From: Planctopirus limnophila DSM 3776
GTDB taxonomy: Bacteria; Planctomycetota; Planctomycetia; Planctomycetales; Planctomycetaceae
Direction: 5' to 3'
Assembly (NCBI RefSeq): GCF_000092105.1
Contig: NC_014148.1
Span: forward strand, 2,220,001-2,252,000
Length of the DNA: 32,000 nucleotides
The translations under genes were made by a program, and so were the position numbers. This document shows positions 26,350-32,000 of the stretch, one piece after another; within the stretch, counting starts at the first letter, position 1; each line of letters begins with the position of its first letter. Under the pieces are notes generated by a model. It worked only from the letters and a program-made list of their open reading frames with translations, was not told where the DNA came from and made no database searches.

Positions 26350-26639
26350 AGTGGTTTCCTTTGGATTCACAGTAAGACTTACGACACTCATCCAGAATGA
26401 TCTTTGCGATGGAGTGATTTTTCATTAAATCGTCATAACCGGCATCTTCCACAAAGTCTGCAAGCTAAGGTCAGGAACGAAGGTTTTTGCAAAAAGTGAA
26501 TGAATCGACCTTCAGAAATCGAATTCAGAGCCCCAGTGCGATTCCATCAACCTAAAATTCCGTATTCCACGAGCTTAATGTCCTGAGAAAAAGTTTTGAG
26601 GAATCCTTTCGCTGACAAGTTGTGATCGATCATCAGGAT

Positions 26640-26664
26640 CTTGCTTGCCGATCATATAAGCAAG
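26640..26664. promoter_or_regulatory. inverted repeat CTTGCTT-N11-AAGCAAG in the divergent spacer between the hydrolase and PSCyt2/PSD1 genes
   Basis: Read directly: arms at 26640-26646 and 26658-26664. It lies 78 nt upstream of ATG 26742. The function is unknown. Confidence 0.2.
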
Positions 26665-26741
26665 TGTTAATGTGATGGAATCTCTGCCAGCTCTGCCAGA
26701 ATATTCCGCCCGAACTTCCTCAAGATCTGTTGAGGCCCACC

Positions 26742-28439
26742 ATGAACCCAACCAGAATTTTTGTGATTGCGGCTGCAATGGCCCCAATACTGGTCTGGAG
26801 TTGTGTTGTTCAAGCGGCAGAAATTCCATCTCCGGATTTGAGCATTTCCACCGCGATTGATCGCCTGCTGCAAGAATCTCATGATCGCGCCGGGATTGTG
26901 CCGGCTCGCCGGACAGATGATCGTTCTCTGCTGCGCCGAACAACACTGGATCTTTCGGGACGAATCCCGACTTCGGCAGAAATCCGTGCCTACGAGCAGG
27001 ATTCGGCTTCCGAACGTCAGTTACGACTCGTTGATCGTTTGATGTCAGCCGCCGACTACGCGATTCATCTTCGCAATGAGCTGGACGCAATGCTTTCTGC
27101 GGGTGGAAACAGTCCGCAAGAATGGAAAGATTACCTCCTGAAAGCTTGCGAAGAGAACCAGCCTTGGGATGAGACCTTTCGTGAACTGCTGGCACCGGAT
27201 CAGAATATCGAGGCACAGCGCGGAGCGGCACATTTTCTCAAGTCACGCCTCAACGACCTGGATGATTTAACGAACGACACAAGTTCGCTACTTCTGGGTG
27301 TCAGCATCAACTGCGCGAAATGCCATGACCACCCGCTGGTCGAAGACTGGAAGCAGGATCATTACTTTGGCCTGCAGGCTTTTCTGGCACAAACCTATCA
27401 GACACGTGCTGGTCGTCTGGCAGAGAGACCACCCACCGAGCTGAACTTCAAGACGACATCGGGAGTCGAAAAAGCAGCCAGACTGATGTTCCTCACGGGA
27501 GCGACAGTCACGGCGCCTGAAGACAAACGGACGGACGAACAGAAAAAAGCCGACGCTGAAATGGTTCGGAACCAGCGTGAGAAGGAAGGTTTGGCACCAC
27601 CTGCCGAGCTCGAATTCAGCCCACGCAAAGAGTTCGTCAAGCTGGCATTAGATCCTGCCAATCGAACCTTTATGGCCCGTTCGATTATTAATCGCACATG
27701 GGCTCGACTCATGGGGCGAGGATTGGTTCATCCCGTCGATCAGATGCATTCCGGAAATCCATCGAATCATCCCGTCCTGCTCGACTGGCTCGAAAGAGAT
27801 TTCATCGACCATGGTTTTGATTTGAGTCGGCTCATTCGAGGAATCGTCCTGAGCGATGCCTATGCGCGATCATCTCAATGGGTGTACGACACACCGGCCC
27901 CTCCCGCAGATCAGTTTGCTGTCGCAGCCATCAAGCCGCTGACTCCTCAGCAACTGACGGTCTCCTTGATCATCGCCACCATGAACCCGGAAAAGATTCC
28001 TTCAAGTGATTTCCATGAGCAGGGCGTTGATCCAAACACATGGAAATCTTTTCGTACAGAATTGGAAAAGAAGGCTTCCGGCACAGCCAGATTGCTCGAA
28101 TATCCGGGTGAGAACTTCCAGATTAGTGTGACGGAAGCCCTGCTATTCAATAATGCAGCACAGATCCAGAACAACTACCTGAAATCCTCGGATGATCGGC
28201 TGGTCAATTTTCTCTCCAACCAGTGGAAAGCACAGCAAACTCAAGAGGATTTACATGCCAGAAGGATGGATTCTCTGATCCAGACCAGCTTTGAAATCGT
28301 TTTTACAAGAAGAGCAGAAGAAGACGAAGTTTCGATGTTTCGTAACTACCTGCTGGAGCGAAATGAACGTCTCCCGGAGGCATTTCAGCAAATGCTCTGG
28401 GCCATGATCACCAGCCCTGAATTCCGCTTTAACTATTGA
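26742..28439 (+). CDS. PSCyt2 (DUF1549) / PSD1 (DUF1553) domain protein, short form without the N-terminal PSCyt1 cytochrome domain
   Basis: ATG 26742 gives the signal peptide MNPTRIFVIAAAMAPILVWSCVVQAAE. The DUF1549 hallmarks are RRTTLDLSGRIPTSAEIRAY and LLLGVSINCAKCHDHPLVEDWKQDHYFGLQAFL, with CAKCH at 27312-27326. The DUF1553-type C-terminal half includes ANRTFMARSIINRTWARLMGRGLVHPVDQM and ends in MITSPEFRFNY. Confidence 0.85.
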   Translation: MNPTRIFVIAAAMAPILVWSCVVQAAEIPSPDLSISTAIDRLLQESHDRAGIVPARRTDDRSLLRRTTLDLSGRIPTSAEIRAYEQDSASERQLRLVDRLMSAADYAIHLRNELDAMLSAGGNSPQEWKDYLLKACEENQPWDETFRELLAPDQNIEAQRGAAHFLKSRLNDLDDLTNDTSSLLLGVSINCAKCHDHPLVEDWKQDHYFGLQAFLAQTYQTRAGRLAERPPTELNFKTTSGVEKAARLMFLTGATVTAPEDKRTDEQKKADAEMVRNQREKEGLAPPAELEFSPRKEFVKLALDPANRTFMARSIINRTWARLMGRGLVHPVDQMHSGNPSNHPVLLDWLERDFIDHGFDLSRLIRGIVLSDAYARSSQWVYDTPAPPADQFAVAAIKPLTPQQLTVSLIIATMNPEKIPSSDFHEQGVDPNTWKSFRTELEKKASGTARLLEYPGENFQISVTEALLFNNAAQIQNNYLKSSDDRLVNFLSNQWKAQQTQEDLHARRMDSLIQTSFEIVFTRRAEEDEVSMFRNYLLERNERLPEAFQQMLWAMITSPEFRFNY

Positions 28440-28559
28440 ATCGACACCACGACGAACAGACGGCAAACAACCGGATTTTCAATTCCAGCGAAGGTGGTAC
28501 TGATTGATCGGGCCATCCTAGGCTGAAATTCCTTTGTTTTCCGGAGAGGACGGAAGATC

Positions 28560-29909
28560 ATGTCACTCTTCTCGCAGGATCAATGGCCCACACGTATTCC
28601 TCCCCATAACGGGCTTCGGGGAATTGAGAATGCCAGCCAATTACGAGACGGCACCAGCCGCAGAGGATTCTTGAAGGCTTCGCTGGCTGGGACTGCGTTC
28701 GCAGCGAGCATGCATCAACTCGATATCTTGCAGAGCCCGGCTTTGGCCTCCGAGCTGAAAAGGCAGCAGAAGCATGTCATTCTGATCTGGCTCGCTGGCG
28801 GTGCCAGTCAGTTAGAAACCTGGGATCCCAAACCTGGTCGGGCAACGGGTGGGCCTTTTGCCGCCATTCAGACGAATGTCGCCGGTGTGAGCATTTCCGA
28901 ATTGCTGCCGAAAATGTCGCAGCGGATGCACCATTCAGCGATCATTCGCTCGCTGAATACCAAGAATGCCGATCACGGCGGTGCGGCCAAAATTATGGAA
29001 ACAGGCCGGGCTGTCGATCAGGGAATTCCCTGTCCTGATCTGGGAGCCATGATCGCCCATGAACTGGGGCGTGCCGACAGCCAGGTACCGGATTATGTCT
29101 CGATGTATTCTTCAACCGAAGGACGAAGGCAGGGCGGCTCGGGCTTTCTGGGTGGCAGATATGCTCCCATGTTCCTGACAGAGCAGATGATTCCTGAGAA
29201 CACCTCGCGACTCGAAAGTCTTTCCGAACTGGATCACTCGGCCCGAAGTGACTTGAGATCTTTTCTCGCCAATCGATTCCGGGAAGGACGTCCCGACCTT
29301 TCAGTTGATAGCCATAACAGTGCTTATCAGCGGGTGCGCGGGATCATGTCCAGTGCCAATCTGTTTAATATTGAACTGGAGCCCATGGATGTCCGGGCTC
29401 GATATGGCCCGACACAGTTCGGCGAACAATGCCTGATTGCCCGTCGGCTGGTCGAGGCTGGTGTTCCCTTCGTGAAAGTGGCACGAGCCTGGTGGGACAG
29501 TCATGGTCAGAATTTTGAGACCCACCTCGAACTGGTCACGGAACTTGATCATGTCCTCGCGACCTTAATCGACGATCTGGAAGAACGTGGACTTCTGGAA
29601 CATACCCTGATTGCCACCTTTGGCGAATTCGGGCGTACTCCACAAATCAATTCGAGTCTGGGCCGAGATCACTTTGCGAGTGCCTGGAGCGCTTCGCTCC
29701 ATGGGGCGGGTATTCGTGGTGGTTCGGTCTTTGGAAAAACCGACGCTGACGGTCTGAAAGTGATCGATGGAGAGGTCAACGCTGCCGATCTGTTTGCCAC
29801 GATTTTCCAGGCGATCGGCATCGATTATCGCAAAGAATTCCATGTCGGCGCAAGGCCAGTACCGATCACCGATTTTGGTGGCAAACCCATTCGGGATATT
29901 CTCCTTTAG
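28560..29909 (+). CDS. DUF1501 domain protein (sulfatase/alkaline-phosphatase-superfamily-like), Tat signal
   Basis: 449-aa ORF preceded by GGAGAGGACGGAAG. The Tat motif is TSRRGFLKASLAG. Family-typical blocks are LIWLAGGASQLETWDPKP, GEFGRTPQIN and GRDHF. Confidence 0.88.
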   Translation: MSLFSQDQWPTRIPPHNGLRGIENASQLRDGTSRRGFLKASLAGTAFAASMHQLDILQSPALASELKRQQKHVILIWLAGGASQLETWDPKPGRATGGPFAAIQTNVAGVSISELLPKMSQRMHHSAIIRSLNTKNADHGGAAKIMETGRAVDQGIPCPDLGAMIAHELGRADSQVPDYVSMYSSTEGRRQGGSGFLGGRYAPMFLTEQMIPENTSRLESLSELDHSARSDLRSFLANRFREGRPDLSVDSHNSAYQRVRGIMSSANLFNIELEPMDVRARYGPTQFGEQCLIARRLVEAGVPFVKVARAWWDSHGQNFETHLELVTELDHVLATLIDDLEERGLLEHTLIATFGEFGRTPQINSSLGRDHFASAWSASLHGAGIRGGSVFGKTDADGLKVIDGEVNAADLFATIFQAIGIDYRKEFHVGARPVPITDFGGKPIRDILL

Positions 29910-29935
29910 CCTGCACTCAGACCATCGAGATCATC

Positions 29936-30979
29936 ATGGGCCGCATCACTCAACTCAAACCACTGTCTGAAATCAGTACTCCAGAGATCAACCTGTCGAT
30001 CACACGGAGTGCGGTCTCTATGGCGGATGACCAGAGGATCATCGTGGTCGGAAATTCGGCTGGGCAACTGGTCGAGTTCGATTTTTCCTCCAAGAGTTCA
30101 ACATCTGAGAAAACAAGATCACGCCCATTTGAATCGGGCCATTCGAGTTATGTCACCGGTGTCGTATGGACAAAGGGTGGGATTGTTTCTGTTGGTTACG
30201 ACCGCAAGATGATCTGGTGGGATCCCCTTGAGCGAACCGTTTTGCGTGAGATCGTCGCTCACGAAAAATGGATACGACGAATTGCTGTCAGCCCGGATAG
30301 TACAACGATTGCCACCGTCGCCGATGACATGCATTGCAAGCTCTGGAATGCTATCACCGGCGAGTTGAAGTTCGTGCTGGATGATCACCAACCTGTCACG
30401 CCACATCATTACCCTTCGATGCTCTATGCCGTCGCGTTTTCTGCCAGTGGTGAACAACTCGCCACGGGAGACAAGGTTGGCCACATCGCCATCTGGGAGA
30501 CGCAGACGGGTCGAAAGCTTGGTGAATTGGAATCCCCCGGGATGTACACGTGGGATCCCAAAGCGAGGCGACATTCGATTGGTGGAATTCGCAGCCTCGC
30601 GTTTTCTCAGAACGGCAGCACATTAGCTGTGGGTGGGATTGGGGCAATCGGCAATGTTGATCATCTGGACGGCCCGGCACGAGTTGAAATTTTCGACTGG
30701 CAGCAGGCCAAATCCCTCGTGCAGTTATCTGATACGGCCATGAAAGGTCTGGTCGAGCAGCTGCATTTTTCGAATGATGACAGCCAGTTGATCACAGCCG
30801 GTGGCGATAACAATGGCTTTATCACTGTCTACGATCTGGCCACAAACAAGATTGATGTCCAGGTGAAAGCCCATCAGCACCTGCATGGAATGATTGTCGA
30901 TGAAGCCTCGCAAAGGCTCTATGCAGCCCACCATGGCAAAGTGTCGATGTGGGAATTGCAGGACCAACCTGTTGCGTGA
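29936..30979 (+). CDS. WD40-like beta-propeller protein, no signal peptide
   Basis: 347-aa ORF starting 26 nt after the DUF1501 stop. Repeated blade-like units include HSSYVTGVVWTKGGIVSVGYDRKMIWWD, HEKWIRRIAVSPDSTTIATVADDMHCKLWN, VAFSASGEQLATGDKVGHIAIWE and SLAFSQNGSTLAVGG. No SD is visible and the start is uncertain (an alternative Met is at codon 29). Confidence 0.75.
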   Translation: MGRITQLKPLSEISTPEINLSITRSAVSMADDQRIIVVGNSAGQLVEFDFSSKSSTSEKTRSRPFESGHSSYVTGVVWTKGGIVSVGYDRKMIWWDPLERTVLREIVAHEKWIRRIAVSPDSTTIATVADDMHCKLWNAITGELKFVLDDHQPVTPHHYPSMLYAVAFSASGEQLATGDKVGHIAIWETQTGRKLGELESPGMYTWDPKARRHSIGGIRSLAFSQNGSTLAVGGIGAIGNVDHLDGPARVEIFDWQQAKSLVQLSDTAMKGLVEQLHFSNDDSQLITAGGDNNGFITVYDLATNKIDVQVKAHQHLHGMIVDEASQRLYAAHHGKVSMWELQDQPVA

Positions 30980-31412
30980 ACCAATCCGGCGGAAGCTCTG
31001 GCAGTATCTAGCAATCCTAATAAGATGGCCCCGCCAATCTGGCGAATCATCTGAACCAGATATCCAACGCCAATGACCTCGCGGCTCCGCAAGAATTGCA
31101 AGAGATGCCGTCGAACGCCTGTCAGAAATCATCTCGTTCTGGCTGATGATCCATGCCGTAAGGCTGAAACGTACTTCAACGTCTACCATTCTCCGTGGGT
31201 ACTAAGAGACGTTAGTGGCACCGAGAGCAGCTTTTCGCTCTCGAACTTGACCAGCCAGTGGGAATTCACTCAATTCTCAGTGAATTTTGTCGGTTAAGTA
31301 ACTCTTGCCGATTCACGAGAATTTCCAGCTCGACCACCGGGTTATCGATCCCTCAAACACGAGTGGTTTCAACTGATAACTCCAGGTGCTCGACTTCTTC
31401 AGGACGAAAAAC

Positions 31413-32000
31413 TTGAGTAATTCGCAAATTGCTGCTGCACTGACGGAACTTGCCGACCTGCTTGAGCTTCTGGGAGAGAATGCTTTCCGAGTGCGGGCTT
31501 ATCGAAATGCAGCCCGTACGATTGAGAGCTTGCCGGATGAAGTCACGTTGCTGCTGGACCAGTCTCCCCATGCACTACTGGAACTGGAAGGGATTGGAAA
31601 AGATCTCGCACAGAAGATTTCCAGCCTCGCAACAACTGGGCAACTTGACCAACTCGATGAGGTCAGGTCGCAGGTTCCTCCAGGTGTTGTGCAGATGCTC
31701 AAAATTCCTGGGCTGGGCCCGAAGAAAGTGGCCACTCTCTGGAAAGAACTCCAGGTGAACACCTTGGACGATCTGCAGGCGGCAGCCACTGCCGGTCGAG
31801 TTGCCGAGTTAAAGGGCTTTGGCAAAAAGACAGAGCAATCGATATTGGAGGGCATTTCGCTGGCTGCAGAAGCGGGTCGGCGTGTATTGATTTCCATCGC
31901 GCGAGAAGCTGCTGAACAGATCGCACAATCGTTACGAAAAGTCGCTGGCGTTGAGCGAGTCGAAATTGCAGGGAGTGCACGACGCTGGAAAGAAACGTGC
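31413..32000 (+). CDS. polX: DNA polymerase/3'-5' exonuclease PolX (family X), N-terminal part; the gene continues off the right edge
   Basis: Not in the ORF track because it has a non-ATG start and no stop in the window. The frame opens after TAA 31377-31379. From TTG 31413 it reads (M)SNSQIAAALTELADLLELLGENAFRVRAYRNAARTIESLPDEV...LEGIGKDLAQKISSLATTGQL...IPGLGPKKVATLWKELQV...LKGFGKKTEQSILEGI. These are the PolX 8-kDa and helix-hairpin-helix signatures. GTG 31386 is an alternative start. Confidence 0.8.
   Translation, partial: MSNSQIAAALTELADLLELLGENAFRVRAYRNAARTIESLPDEVTLLLDQSPHALLELEGIGKDLAQKISSLATTGQLDQLDEVRSQVPPGVVQMLKIPGLGPKKVATLWKELQVNTLDDLQAAATAGRVAELKGFGKKTEQSILEGISLAAEAGRRVLISIAREAAEQIAQSLRKVAGVERVEIAGSARRWKETC

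Noticed and set aside
30725-31297. ORFs 30725-31189 (-), 30919-31101 (-) and 31073-31297 (+) near the WD40 3' end
   Set aside because: They are antisense overlap with the WD40 gene or lack an SD, and no motifs were recognised. Treated as non-coding.
31450-31980. Track ORFs 31450-31758 (+), 31499-31897 (-) and 31699-31980 (-)
   Set aside because: They are in alternative frames or antisense to the clearly PolX-encoding plus-strand frame.
1-32000. Whole-window look for CRISPR arrays, IS/transposase, integrase, phage, toxin-antitoxin or known defence genes, and rRNA
   Set aside because: There is no regularly spaced direct-repeat array, and no ORF has transposase, integrase, nuclease-defence or TA-like motifs. 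Visual scanning cannot exclude short or degenerate repeats. A self-dot-plot and an Rfam/ISfinder scan would be decisive.

Overview
This window looks like ordinary chromosomal DNA from a member of the Planctomycetota. That assignment rests on the families present (PVC-type CxxCH heme protein, PSCyt2/PSD1, DUF1501), not on any search. By eye, GC is moderate, with AT-richer spacers. I call 20 complete or nearly complete CDSs plus two edge-truncated genes that the ORF track missed: mnmE at the left edge and polX at the right edge. The left half (1-16.5 kb) is mostly housekeeping: mnmE, yidC, a metallophosphoesterase, hflX, a secreted protein of unknown function, a HAD hydrolase, pyrG, kdsB, a soluble multi-PAS FixL-like kinase with a FixJ-like regulator, a second HAD phosphatase, a glycine-zipper membrane protein and a PLP-dependent Ser/Thr dehydratase. 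The right half (16.5-31 kb) is lineage-specific. It holds a four-gene minus-strand cluster: a Tat-exported tandem alpha/beta-hydrolase, a secreted LamG plus beta-helix protein, an FAD amine-oxidase-like enzyme and a 1077-aa PVC-type dehydrogenase/cytochrome c fusion. It also holds a plus-strand operon of PSCyt2/PSD1, DUF1501 and a WD40 propeller. I found no rRNA, tRNA, CRISPR array, transposase, integrase or recognisable defence or toxin-antitoxin gene. These two lineage-specific clusters, both built from families with no experimentally established function, are the best candidates for an undescribed system. I cannot show from sequence alone that either is new. Smaller observations are a strongly SD-preceded 7-codon mini-ORF about 195 nt upstream of hflX, two unusually long ORF-free divergent spacers with palindromes, a perfect 14-bp bidirectional terminator, a tandem 10-mer upstream of the beta-helix gene, and an ATGA stop/start overlap.
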